Positions 20,583 through 30,513 of a stretch of DNA of 64,000 bases are shown here, in pieces. Position numbers and translations under genes: made by a program. The number at the start of each line of letters is the position of its first letter. Positions within the stretch are counted from its first letter, which is position 1. The notes below the pieces were generated by a model that was given only the letters and a program-made list of their open reading frames with translations, did not search any database and was not told where the DNA came from. Source of the DNA: an uncultured Holophagales bacterium (GTDB lineage Bacteria > Acidobacteriota > Thermoanaerobaculia > Multivoradales > UBA5704); the NCBI GenBank assembly GCA_963842525.1, contig CAWJGT010000025.1, forward strand, positions 192,001 through 256,000. Reading direction: 5' to 3'.

Positions 20583-21614
20583 TCTCCAGGCGGCTCCCGG
20601 TCCCTTGCCGAGGCACTCGACCTTCCCCTCTCTCTGGAGGCGCTTCAGGACGTGGCGGACCATGTCCCGGCTGACGCCTGGCGAGGCGCGCTCCACGTCG
20701 GCGAGAGAGAAGCCTCCTGGGAATGCGGACACTGCGGCTTCGACCAAGGCCGTCTTGGCGCCGCGGGCCCCTTGGACCTGCCCGGTTCGCTCTTCGAGCT
20801 CCCGGTAGGCTCGCTTCAAGATGGCCAGGAAGTAGTTGAGCCAGGGAAGGAGGTCGTGCCGGGCCTCGTGCCATCCCTCGGAGCTGCGGTGAAGGGCTTC
20901 GTAATAGTCCTCCCGCGACTCCTCCACCAGACGCTCGAGGCCGATGTACCTCCCCACCTCATAGCCGTGCTGGTACAGGGCCAGGAGAGTCAGGAGACGG
21001 GAGACACGTCCGTTGCCGTCCCGGAACGGATGGATGCAGAGAAAATCGAAGACCAGGGCGGCGACGGCGACGAGAGGGGGCATCTGACCCTGTCCCAGCC
21101 CGTGGCGATAGGCCAGGCAGAGCTCCTCGACCGCGGCGGATGTATCCGCTGCCAGGACAGGCCGGAATCGCACGAGAGGAGCCCCTCCCTCCCGAAGCTC
21201 GACGATCTCGTTCTCGACCCGCTTCCATTGTCCGGCGTCGCCGCTCCCCTCCTGGATCATTCGGTGAAGCCGCAGCAGCAACTCCGGAGTCACCGCCAGA
21301 TCGTCGGCACTCGTGTGAATGAGATCGAGCGCCCGCCGATAGCCCCGGATCTCCTCCTCGGATCGATCGCGCGGTCTGGCGTTCTCCAGTACCAGGGGGA
21401 CCAGGCGGTCCGGCGCAACCGTGATCCCTTCGATGCGGTTCGAGGACTCGACGCTCTGGACGAGCGCCGTGTCTCGGAGAGCCTGGAGGATCTGAGGCGC
21501 CTGATGTACGTAGAGATCCTGCCGCCCCTTCGCCTCGGCATTATCAGTCAGCAGCCACACGGAGCTGACGGGCAGCGAGAGTTGCGCCAGACGCGCTCCA
21601 CGGAAGGACATCAT
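20571..21614 (-). CDS. Fic family protein with C-terminal winged HTH
   Basis: Canonical HPFRDGNGRVSR; inhibitory-type SNRIEG motif; C-terminal SPGVSRDMVRHVLKRL. Confidence 0.9.
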   Translation of the reverse strand: MMSFRGARLAQLSLPVSSVWLLTDNAEAKGRQDLYVHQAPQILQALRDTALVQSVESSNRIEGITVAPDRLVPLVLENARPRDRSEEEIRGYRRALDLIHTSADDLAVTPELLLRLHRMIQEGSGDAGQWKRVENEIVELREGGAPLVRFRPVLAADTSAAVEELCLAYRHGLGQGQMPPLVAVAALVFDFLCIHPFRDGNGRVSRLLTLLALYQHGYEVGRYIGLERLVEESREDYYEALHRSSEGWHEARHDLLPWLNYFLAILKRAYRELEERTGQVQGARGAKTALVEAAVSAFPGGFSLADVERASPGVSRDMVRHVLKRLQREGKVECLGKGPGAAWRKRG

Positions 21615-21641
21615 AGGTAGGCTCTCCGGTCGGGCATGCCA

Positions 21642-21688
21642 GACATTACCTTCATTATTACCCTCTTTTGGGGGAAATTACCCTCTTT
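21642..21688. repeat. TTACCCTCTTT iterated direct repeat, copy upstream of the Fic gene
   Basis: GACATTACCTTCATTATTACCCTCTTTTGGGGGAAATTACCCTCTTT. Confidence 0.8.
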
Positions 21689-21718
21689 CCTCGGCCTGTA
21701 GGCCGGGACCGCCTGGCT

Positions 21719-22470
21719 TCAGTGAGATGGAGCCAAGCGCACGAGCGGCCAGACCACTACGTCGATCTTCCGCGCGAAGTGCAACAGGGCCGGCGGTCCG
21801 TCGAGCCTCAGCCCGTGGGGTGCCGCCACCTCGTTTCGCTCGATCTCGGCCTCTGCCTTCTGGAGCGGCCAGGGCCTGTGGTGGACCTCCGCCCGGTACA
21901 GCGACCCGTCAGGCGCCTGGGCATACAGACAGTAGCGCTCGGTCAGGAAGTGCTCGAGAGTCCCGGGCATCGCCTCATAGAGTGGAGACGTAGGCCGATA
22001 GGTCCCGGAGAACCGGGCGGCATCGCCTTCACTTCGGCGCTCGGACCTGTACCGGAACGTGTCTCCGTCGCCGTCGATCGCCATCTCCGCATAGAAATAA
22101 GGAAGATGGAAGAACCGGCGTGCCGCCCAGACCGCGACCGGATTGGCGGCGTCCAGGCTGAGGAACCACACCCCCGGCTTGCCGTCCAGCTCGACATACA
22201 GCCGCAGGTTGAGCTCCGGAAATGCGGAGAGCCAGGGTAAATTCGGCACCAGCCGCGGCGAGACGCCCGTCATACGGAACGGCACGACACCGATCCAGGA
22301 CGTCCCCTCACATTCCTGGATCGTGAGTGGCTCGGCACCAGGGGTCGGAGGGCGTCCGCTGCGATCGGCCAGTGGGCGAACAGCAGGTCCCGCCACGTCT
22401 GCCGCCAGGCCCATCGGCGAGACGGCGCCGGCCAGGGCCGGTGGTCCGTTCGGGAGAAGGCAGGATGCAT
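21719..22470 (-). CDS. YqjF/DUF2071 family protein (frameshift near 22325)
   Basis: HRPWP...QTWRDLLFAHWP, then WIGVVPFRM...FPELNLRLYV...FLSLDA...FLTERYCLY. Confidence 0.85.
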
Positions 22471-22677
22471 GGTCGGGCTCGGGTTCGGTCGAAGAGATTA
22501 TGCCTCGTTCGCCCGACTGTTGGTCGTCGGGCCGCGCCCCCGCGCCAGAGGTTTTAGCCACAGCCTCACTGCCAGGTGTATCCGGGACCGGATCGCGCCT
22601 GACAGGGCCTAGCGACGAGTCCCCGGTATACTCTTCGGAGACAAAAGGACCGGAGAGCGCTCAGGTGAAGAATGCCT

Positions 22678-22760
22678 ACGCCCCTTCGGGGCTGGGAGGG
22701 TTGGGGGGCGGCCGACCCGGCGCTGAAGCGCCAGGCTTTATGCCTGTGCCCCTTCGGGGC
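22678..22760. repeat. REP-like element (GCCCCTTCGGGGC / GGCGCTGAAGCGCC family)
   Basis: Related, in inverted orientation, to 43725-43952. Confidence 0.65.
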
Positions 22761-22937
22761 GTTTCTGCGGCGCCTCTGAGACGGCCTCCGCGACAGCTCG
22801 GAGCTTCTCGATCATTCCGCCATCTCGCAGTTCCGGGCAATCCGCTCGGCTGGAGTCAGCTCCTGAAGCTCACGGAGGAGGGTGAGATCGTGGCCGCGGG
22901 GGGGGGCGTTCGGCGGGCCCAGGCGTCGATTCTGCGC

Positions 22938-25212
22938 TCACCCCACCTCCATCCCCGAGACATTCTGGAACCCCCGCGGCAGCTTGTTGCCCCGCTGTGC
23001 TCTCTTGCCGACGAACGGCTCGTATTCGGAGGCCCTCATGTTGAGGTAGCGTTTGCCCGAGTGGACGATGAGGTGCGCTCCGGGGGGGAGCGGGGTCAAG
23101 GCGATCAGAGATTCTCCCTTGCCGGCGGGGAAGTGGAGGATTTTCACTCCCTTGCCTCTGGGCAACAGGGGTAGCTCGTTCGAGCTGGAAGACCAGCAGG
23201 CGGCCGGCGTCGGTGGCGGCGGCGAGGAGGTCTTTGTCCAGGTTGTTCACCTTGAGCGGGGGGAGGACCTTGGCGCCGGCGGGCACGGTGACGATGGCTT
23301 TGCCGGCCCGGTTGCGGGCCTGGAGGTCTCCGAGCTTTACGACGAAGCCGTAGCCGGCGCTTGTGGCCAGGATCCAGAGGTCTTCGTCGCTCCCCATCAT
23401 CACGCCCAGGAAGCTCGCTCCCGGCGGCGGCGTGAGATGGCTCGACAACGGTTCGCCCTGGCCCCTGGCGGAGGGGAGGGCGTGCGCCGGCAGCGAGTAG
23501 GTGCGGCCGGTCGAATCCAGGAACACCGCTTGCTGGTTGCTCCGGCCCTTGGCGGACATGAAGAAGGCGTCGCCCGCCTTGTAGGAAAGCTCTTTTGGAT
23601 CGAGCTCGTGCCCCTTGCCGGCCCGCACCCAGCCCTTTTCGGAGAGGACGACGGTGACCGGCTCGGTCGGGATCAGGACCGACTCGTCCATGGCCTTGGC
23701 CGCGCCGCGCTCGACGATCGGGGAGCGCCGCGGGTCGCCGTACTCCGCGGCATCCGCGATCAGCTCGTCCTTCACCTTGCGGCGCAGCCGGGTCTCGGAG
23801 CTGAGGGTCTTCTCCAGCAGGTCCCGCTCTTTGAGGAGCTCGGCCTGCTCGCCGCGGATCTTGATCTCTTCCAGGCGGGCGATGTGGCGCAGCTTGAGCT
23901 CCAGGATCGCTTCGGCCTGCGTGTCCGAGAGATGGAAGCGGGCCATCAGGACCGGCTTGGGCTCGTCTTCGGTGCGGATGATCCGGATCACCTCGTCGAT
24001 GTTCAGGTAGGCGATCAGGTAGCCGTCGAGGATGTGGAGCCGCGCCAGGACCTTGTCGTAGCGGAAGCGGAGGCGCCGGCGGACGGTCTCGATGCGGAAG
24101 AGGAGCCATTCGGCGAGGAGGTCGCGGAGCCGGTACTGCTTCGGCCGGCCTTCGAGGCCGATCATGGTCAGGTTGACGCGGTAGGTCCGCTCGAGGTCCG
24201 TGGTGGCGAAGAGGTGAGCCATCAGGGATTCGACGTCCACCCGGTTCGAGCGCGGGGTGATGACCAGCCGGGTCGGGTTTTCGTGGTCCGACTCGTCGCG
24301 CACGGTCTCCACCATCGGCAGCTTCTTGGCCTCCATCTGGGCGGCGATCTGGGTCATGATCTTGCTGCCGGAGACCTGGAACGGCAGGGCCGTGATGATG
24401 ACGTCGCCGTCCTCCATCTCGTAGCGCGCTCGCATGCGGACCGAGCCCGAGCCGGTGTCGTAGAGCTTCCGGATCTCCGGGCGCGGCGTGATGATCTCGG
24501 CTTCGGTTGGAAAGTCCGGGCCGAGGATCGGCTCGTAGAGCTCGTCGTCGGAGACCTTGGGGTTGTCGAGCAGCCGGACGCAGGCCTCGACCACCTCGGA
24601 TGCGTTGTGCGGCGGGATGTCGGTCGCCATGCCCACGGCGATGCCGGAGGCGCCGTTCAGGAGCACGTGCGGCAGCCGCGAGGGCAGGAGCTTCGGCTCC
24701 TCCAGGGTGCCGTCGAAGTTCGGGCCCCAGTCCACCGTGCCCTGGCCGAGCTCCGACAGGAGGCTCTGGGCGAACGGCGCCATCTTCGCCTCGGTATAGC
24801 GCATGGCCGCGAACGACTTGGGATCGTCCTGCGAGCCCCAGTTCCCCTGCCCCTCGATCAATGGATAACGGAACGAGAACGGCTGCGCCAGGAGCACCAT
24901 GGCCTCGTAGCAGGCGACGTCGCCGTGCGGGTGGTACTTGCCGAGGACGTCGCCCACGGTGCGGGCCGACTTCTTGGGTTTCGCATTGGGGCCGAGCCCC
25001 AGCTCGGACATGGCGTAGACGATCCGCCGCTGCACCGGCTTCAGGCCGTCCGCGATGTGCGGCAGCGCGCGGTCGAGGATGACGTACATCGAGTAGTCGC
25101 GGTACGCCTTCTCGGCGAAGTCCGCGAGCGCGCGCTTCTCGACGTCGATGAACGGGAGCTGGGGCGTCGAGCCGTTGCCGCCGCCGGAGCGTCTGCGGGA
25201 TGAGCGTGCCAT
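22938..25212 (-). CDS. parC: DNA topoisomerase IV subunit A (frameshift near 23170)
   Basis: [40 protein letters not shown]; C-terminal beta-pinwheel continues in 22938..23165. Confidence 0.93.
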
Positions 25213-25218
25213 CGGGTG

Positions 25219-27138
25219 CTAGACCTCCACGTCGGCCTTGTCGCCCGTCTCCATGAGCCACTCCTTGCGGTCGGCGGCACGGGCCTTGGCGAGGAGCTTG
25301 TCGAGGACGGTATCTGCATCGAAAGCGGGGTTCTCGCCGTCGAGGTAGAGCTGGACAAGGCGGCGGGTCTCCGGGGCCATGGTGGTCTCGCGGAGCTGCA
25401 GGGGGTTCATCTCGCCCAGGCCCTTGAAGCGCTGGACGTTGACCTTGCCGCGGATCTTCTCCGCCTCGATCCGGTCGAGGATGCCTTTCTTCTCCCGCTC
25501 GTCCAGGGCGTAGAAGACCTCCTTGCCCACGTCGATCCGGTAGAGCGGCGGCATGGCCACGTGGACGTGCCCCTGCTCGATCAGCGGACGGAAGTGCCGG
25601 AGGAACAGGGCGCAGAGGAGCGTGGCGATGTGGGCGCCGTCGGAGTCCGCATCGGCCAGGATGCAGATCTTGCCGTAGCGCAGCCCCTCCAGGTTGTTCG
25701 AGCCGGGGTCGACCCCCAGGGCCACGGCGATGTCGTGCACCTCCTGCGAGGCGAGCACCTCTGCGGAGTCCACCTCCCAGGTATTCAGGATCTTGCCGCG
25801 CAGGGGGAGAATCGCCTGGAACTCGCGGCTGCGGGCCTGTTTGGCCGAGCCGCCCGCCGAGTCGCCTTCGACCAGGAACAGCTCGGTCTGGCCCAGATCC
25901 TGGCTGGAGCAGTCGGCGAGCTTGCCGGGCAGGGCCGGGCCGCTCGTCACCGTCTTCCGCTTGACCTTCTTGCCGGAGCGTTGCCGCGCCTGGGCGCTGT
26001 CGATCGCGAGACGGGCGATCCTCTCCGCGTCGGCCGTGTGCTGGTTGAGCCAGAGGGCGCAGGCGTCCTTGGTCACGCCGCCCACGAAGGCGGCGGCCTC
26101 GCGCGAGGAGAGCCGCTCCTTGGTCTGGCCGGTGAACTGCGGGTCCTTCATGCGCACGGAGAGGACATAGGTGCAGCGCGCCCAGACGTCCTCGGGCGCG
26201 AGCTTGACCCCGCGCGGCAGCAGATCGCGGAATTCGCAGAATTCGCGGATCGCCTCGGTCAGCCCGGAGCGGAAGCCGTTGACGTGCGTCCCCCCCTGGG
26301 TCGTGGGGATCAGGTTGACGTAGCTCTCGGCCAGCAGCTCACCGGGCGCCGGGTCGTCCTCCTCGGACACCCAGGCCACGGCCCAGTCGACCTCCTCGTC
26401 CTTGCCGCGGAAATGGCCGATGAACGGCTTCTCCGGCACCATCTCCGACTCGGCCATCTCGTCGAGGAGGTATTCGGGCAGGCCGTCCTCGTAGAACCAG
26501 TCCTCGTTGTCGTCGGCCGCGGCCTCGTGGACGAAGCGGATGTGGAGGCCCGGGCTGAGCACCGCCTTGGCGCGCAGGACGTGCTTGATCTTCGGGACGC
26601 CGAACTTGGGCGAGTCGAAGAACTTGGGGTCCGGCCAGAAGCGGACGGTGGTGCCCGTGTTGCGCTGCCCCACCGTGCCCACGACCTTGAGCTTCGAGGT
26701 CTTCTGACCGTCCGCGAAGGCCATGTGGTGCTCCTTGCCGTCGCGGCGCACCCAGACCTCCAACCGGGCCGACAGGGCGTTCACCACCGAGACGCCGACA
26801 CCGTGCAGGCCGCCGGAGAAGCGGTAGCTCTTGTCCGAAAATTTGGCGCCGGAGTGGAGCCGGGTGAGGATGACCTCGACCCCGGGCAGCTTCTCCTCCT
26901 TATGGAGGTCGACCGGCATACCGCGGCCGTTGTCGGCCACGGAGAACGAGCTGTCGTCGTGGAGGGTGACCGCGATCTGGTTGCAATGGCCGGCGATGGC
27001 CTCGTCGACGGCGTTGTCGATGACCTCCTGGGCCAGGTGGTCGGGCCGGTCGGTGAACGTGTACATGCCGGGGCGCTTGCGCACCGGCTCGAGCCCGGTC
27101 AGGACTTCGATGGCAGAGGCGTCGTAGGTGGTCGCCAT
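25219..27138 (-). CDS. parE: DNA topoisomerase IV subunit B
   Basis: LEPVRKRPGMY, EVIDNAVDE, GGLHGVGVSVVNALS, EGDSAGGSAKQ, DADSDG, RFKGLGEM. Confidence 0.95.
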   Translation of the reverse strand: MATTYDASAIEVLTGLEPVRKRPGMYTFTDRPDHLAQEVIDNAVDEAIAGHCNQIAVTLHDDSSFSVADNGRGMPVDLHKEEKLPGVEVILTRLHSGAKFSDKSYRFSGGLHGVGVSVVNALSARLEVWVRRDGKEHHMAFADGQKTSKLKVVGTVGQRNTGTTVRFWPDPKFFDSPKFGVPKIKHVLRAKAVLSPGLHIRFVHEAAADDNEDWFYEDGLPEYLLDEMAESEMVPEKPFIGHFRGKDEEVDWAVAWVSEEDDPAPGELLAESYVNLIPTTQGGTHVNGFRSGLTEAIREFCEFRDLLPRGVKLAPEDVWARCTYVLSVRMKDPQFTGQTKERLSSREAAAFVGGVTKDACALWLNQHTADAERIARLAIDSAQARQRSGKKVKRKTVTSGPALPGKLADCSSQDLGQTELFLVEGDSAGGSAKQARSREFQAILPLRGKILNTWEVDSAEVLASQEVHDIAVALGVDPGSNNLEGLRYGKICILADADSDGAHIATLLCALFLRHFRPLIEQGHVHVAMPPLYRIDVGKEVFYALDEREKKGILDRIEAEKIRGKVNVQRFKGLGEMNPLQLRETTMAPETRRLVQLYLDGENPAFDADTVLDKLLAKARAADRKEWLMETGDKADVEV

Positions 27139-27253
27139 GGGGTTTCAGTTCAGGTCGAGCGCTTCTCTCTCATGATCGGACGGCCATGATACAGGAGCCG
27201 CCGAGGCCGATCGACTCCCGCCGAGACCGGAAAACCGGTATCGCGATTGCGCC

Positions 27254-27282
27254 TTGACGACATCCAACCCCGGTGATACTAT
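27254..27282 (+). promoter_or_regulatory. Putative sigma70 promoter of the DUF1579 pair
   Basis: TTGACG-N17-TACTAT with extended -10 TG. Confidence 0.55.
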
Positions 27283-27360
27283 GCGGTAACGAGGCGTAAT
27301 TCAAGCCCTTTGACAGCCTTGTCCCTAGCGTCAACGTTCAACCCGAGAGGAGGAGCTGGT

Positions 27361-27969
27361 ATGAAGATTCGAGCGAGAGTTCTGCTGTCGCTGTTCGTCG
27401 TTTCGATGGTCCTGGCCGGCGTGGCCGTCGCCCAGGAGCCGAAGCCCGGTGACATGGGGATGACCCCCGAGCAGATGCAGGCCATGACGCAGGCCATGAG
27501 CCCCGGAGAGCCGCACAAGCGGATGGCCCGCATGGTGGGCGACTGGGATTTCACGAACAAGTTTTCTATGGCCCCGGGCGCCCCGCCCACCGAGTCGAAG
27601 GGGACCATGCACGCCGAGGCGCTGATGGGCGGCCGCTACGTCGAGCACCACTGGAAGGGCGACATGATGGGGATGCCGTTCGAGGGTCGCGGCACCGAGG
27701 CCTACGACAACATGACGAAGCAGTACATCAGCTCCTGGATCGACAACATGGGGACCGGGATCATGGTCCAGACCGGCTCTTGCGACAACACCGGGAAGAC
27801 CTGCACCCTGGTCGGCGACAGCATGGACCCGATGAGCGGCAAGAAGGTGACGATGAAGTCCGTGATCACCTGGATTGACAACGACACCTTCACGAACGAG
27901 ATGTACGGGCCGGACCCCTCTGGCAAAGAAACGAAATGGATGGAGATCACGGCGAAGCGGAAGAAGTAG
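27361..27969 (+). CDS. DUF1579 family secreted protein, copy 1
   Basis: Signal peptide; PGEPHK...GDW...GGRYV...GMPFEG.G...YDN...SSWIDNMGTG; SD AGGAGG. Confidence 0.85.
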   Translation: MKIRARVLLSLFVVSMVLAGVAVAQEPKPGDMGMTPEQMQAMTQAMSPGEPHKRMARMVGDWDFTNKFSMAPGAPPTESKGTMHAEALMGGRYVEHHWKGDMMGMPFEGRGTEAYDNMTKQYISSWIDNMGTGIMVQTGSCDNTGKTCTLVGDSMDPMSGKKVTMKSVITWIDNDTFTNEMYGPDPSGKETKWMEITAKRKK

Positions 27970-27999
27970 TCAACGTTCAACCGGAGAGGAGGAGTCGGT

Positions 28000-28587
28000 A
28001 TGAAGAATCGAATGAGATTCGTGCTGCCATTGTTCACCGTTGCGATGCTGCTCGCCGGCGTGGCCGCCGCCCAGCAACCGAGCCAGGCGGAGATGGAGGC
28101 CATGATGAAGGCCATGACCCCCGGTGAGGAGCATAAGCAACTGGCCAGGATGGCGGGGGATTGGGAGTACACCAGCAAGATGTGGATGGCGCCGGGCGCG
28201 CCGCCGTCGGAGTCGGGCGGCACGGTGCACGCGGAGACCATCCTGGGCGGCCGGTATGTCCAGTCGCACTGGAAGGGCAGCATGATGGGCATGCCCTTCG
28301 AGGGGCACGGCACGGACGCCTACGACAACCTCGGCAAGAAGTACGTCAGCTCCTGGGTGGACAACATGAGCACGGGCATCCTCTACTCGACCGGCACCTG
28401 CGAGCAGGGCGGCAAGGTCTGCCGGCAGGCCGGCAACATGATCGACCCGATGACCGGGAAGGACACGGTCTGGAAGTCCGTCACCACCTGGTCGGACGAC
28501 AACAATTTCAAGCTGGAGATGTTCGGGAACGACCCGTCCGGCAAGGAAATGAAGATGTTCGAGATGACGGCGAAGCGGAAGAAGTAG
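28000..28587 (+). CDS. DUF1579 family secreted protein, copy 2
   Basis: Paralogue of 27361..27969 with the same upstream motif TCAACGTTCAACC.GAGAGGAGGAG. Confidence 0.85.
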   Translation: MKNRMRFVLPLFTVAMLLAGVAAAQQPSQAEMEAMMKAMTPGEEHKQLARMAGDWEYTSKMWMAPGAPPSESGGTVHAETILGGRYVQSHWKGSMMGMPFEGHGTDAYDNLGKKYVSSWVDNMSTGILYSTGTCEQGGKVCRQAGNMIDPMTGKDTVWKSVTTWSDDNNFKLEMFGNDPSGKEMKMFEMTAKRKK

Positions 28588-28599
28588 CCGTTCGTCTCC

Positions 28600-28628
28600 G
28601 GCCGGAGGGGCGGAGCGGCCCCTCCGGC
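28600..28628. terminator. GC-rich hairpin between convergent genes
   Basis: GCCGGAGGGGC...GCCCCTCCGGC inverted repeat. Confidence 0.5.
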
Positions 28629-28631
28629 ATC

Positions 28632-29882
28632 TCAACTGCCTGTGACCTCGAAATCCCGCGCCAGGGAGTCCGCGACCGCAAGCCCCTCCAGAGTAGGGAC
28701 GAGCCGGCCGGCTTCCGGCCTCAGGAGCCTCTCGCCGGTCAGGCGCTCGATCAGACGCGCATTTATCGCCGCCAGGTCCACACCATAGCGCTCCTGGAAA
28801 AGTTCCAGATCGATCCCCTCAGCCGTTCTGAACCCGAGCATCAGGGCCTCGACAGCCAGATCATCCCGAGTCAGTTCCTCGCCATCCGCCACCGGCCGCT
28901 CGCCGCTGTCGATCCGGGCCTCCCAGGGCTTGAGCTCCCGCTCGTTCCACCAGCGCCGTGTGCCGGAGAAGGAATGGGCCGAGGGGCCAAGGCCGAGATA
29001 GGGGGTGTGATCCCAGTATTTCTGGTTGTGACGGGACCGGTGCTCCGGCGAGCGAGCGAAGTTCGAGACCTCGTAGCCCGGATATCCATGGTCCGCGAGG
29101 AACCGGTGCGTGAGCAGGAAAAGCTCCGCCTGCTCGGGCTCGGGAATCTCGGCCATCTTGCCGCGGGCGAGCCGGAACCCGAACGGCGTCCCCTCGTGGA
29201 TCGTGAGCTGATAGCAGGAGAGATGGTCAGGCTTCAGGGCGACAGCTTCCTCCAGCATACGCCGCCAATCCGCGGCGGTCTGGCCGGGCAATCCATAGAT
29301 CAGATCGATCGAGACCGTATCGAAGCCGGCCTCGCGGGCGAGCTCGACGCTGCGCTGCGCCTCTTCGGGGGTATGTCGGCGGCCCAGGAAGCGAAGGGCC
29401 GCGGGATGCAAGGACTGGATGCCGAGGGAGAGGAACCGCACCCCCAGATCCCGCCAAGCTTTGACGCTCGCGGGCGTCACATCCTCCGGATTGGCCTCGA
29501 AGAAGATCCAGGCGTCTTCACGGATCGAAAGGTTTTCCCGGATCGCGGCGAGGATGCGCGAGTAGTCCCCGGGCAGGAGCGCCGAGGGCGTACCACCGCC
29601 AAAGTAGATCGTGTCGATCGACTCGAACCGGGCGCGGTCGTCGTGCCACATCCGGATCTCGGTCAACAGATGCTCGACGAAGCGCGCCCGGTGCTCGCGT
29701 CCGCCGGTCAGGACCGCAAAGTCACAGTACGGGCAGATGGCGGAGCAGAAGGGGATGTGGAGGTAGAGTCCGGGGCTCAGAGTCTCTTCCTCCACCAGCC
29801 GGGCCTGCGATGCTGGTGGCCGATCGCCGGTCGTAATGCCGTGCGGCCTCGAACAGATCGCCTCGCGCACGGGTGTGGTCAT
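28632..29882 (-). CDS. hemW: Radical SAM heme chaperone HemW (HemN-like)
   Basis: LYLHIPFCSAICPYCDF, YFGGGTPS, EANP, YEVSNF, HNQKYW. Confidence 0.88.
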   Translation of the reverse strand: MTTPVREAICSRPHGITTGDRPPASQARLVEEETLSPGLYLHIPFCSAICPYCDFAVLTGGREHRARFVEHLLTEIRMWHDDRARFESIDTIYFGGGTPSALLPGDYSRILAAIRENLSIREDAWIFFEANPEDVTPASVKAWRDLGVRFLSLGIQSLHPAALRFLGRRHTPEEAQRSVELAREAGFDTVSIDLIYGLPGQTAADWRRMLEEAVALKPDHLSCYQLTIHEGTPFGFRLARGKMAEIPEPEQAELFLLTHRFLADHGYPGYEVSNFARSPEHRSRHNQKYWDHTPYLGLGPSAHSFSGTRRWWNERELKPWEARIDSGERPVADGEELTRDDLAVEALMLGFRTAEGIDLELFQERYGVDLAAINARLIERLTGERLLRPEAGRLVPTLEGLAVADSLARDFEVTGS

Positions 29883-30049
29883 GATCCTGACCTCTACGAG
29901 ATTCTACCGCGTGTCCATGCCTCCGGCACATCCCCGGAGTCTCGCGCGAGCAGGGAGCGGCTCTCCGGGGCCCCAGACCGGGCCGCTCCCCGTCTACACA
30001 TACGTCGATTTTCAAAGAGCCCTGCTCCGACAGCGACCATGGAAGCGGT

Positions 30050-30513
30050 CGACATCGATTCGATGATGCTGTCACGGATGCGATGAGTATGTCAATGCAT
30101 CCAGAGGAAGGGGAGAGATACAGTCGATCCAGAGTCATCCGGTAAGCATGCGGAGTCATCTGCATCGATCCAGAGTCACCCGACAAGCATCTCGAGACCC
30201 TGACAGGTATGCAGCGTCGCCTCGATCTATATCGGGTCCTCTCCGATCGATCCAGGTTATCGGACAAGCATCCCGAGTCACCTGACAGGCCTACTGACTG
30301 GCCTGGATCGATCCAGCTCGCTTCGGATGCATCCAGGGTCGCCTAGACCGATCTCGGGTCACGCTGCACGCATCGGGTGTCACTGGACAGGTCTACAGGG
30401 CGGCGTGGATCGATCCAGCTCGCCCCGGATGCATCCAGGGTCGCCTCGATCGATCGCAGGTCACGCGGCAGGCATCGGAGTTACCCGATAGGCGTACAGA
30501 TCGCTCCGGATCG
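30050..30513. repeat. Degenerate ~21-bp-period tandem repeat, GATC-rich
   Basis: Recurring GATCGATCCAG / GCATCC / GTCACC units; GGATCGATCCAGCTCGC...GGATGCATCCAGGGTCGCCT repeated at ~30305 and ~30408. Confidence 0.65.

Noticed and set aside
18606-21620. 1004-aa plus-strand ORF and similar long antisense ORFs (e.g. 11878..14184, 25216..27189, 30616..32259)
   Set aside because: Shadow ORFs opposite well-supported genes, caused by high GC3 codon bias.
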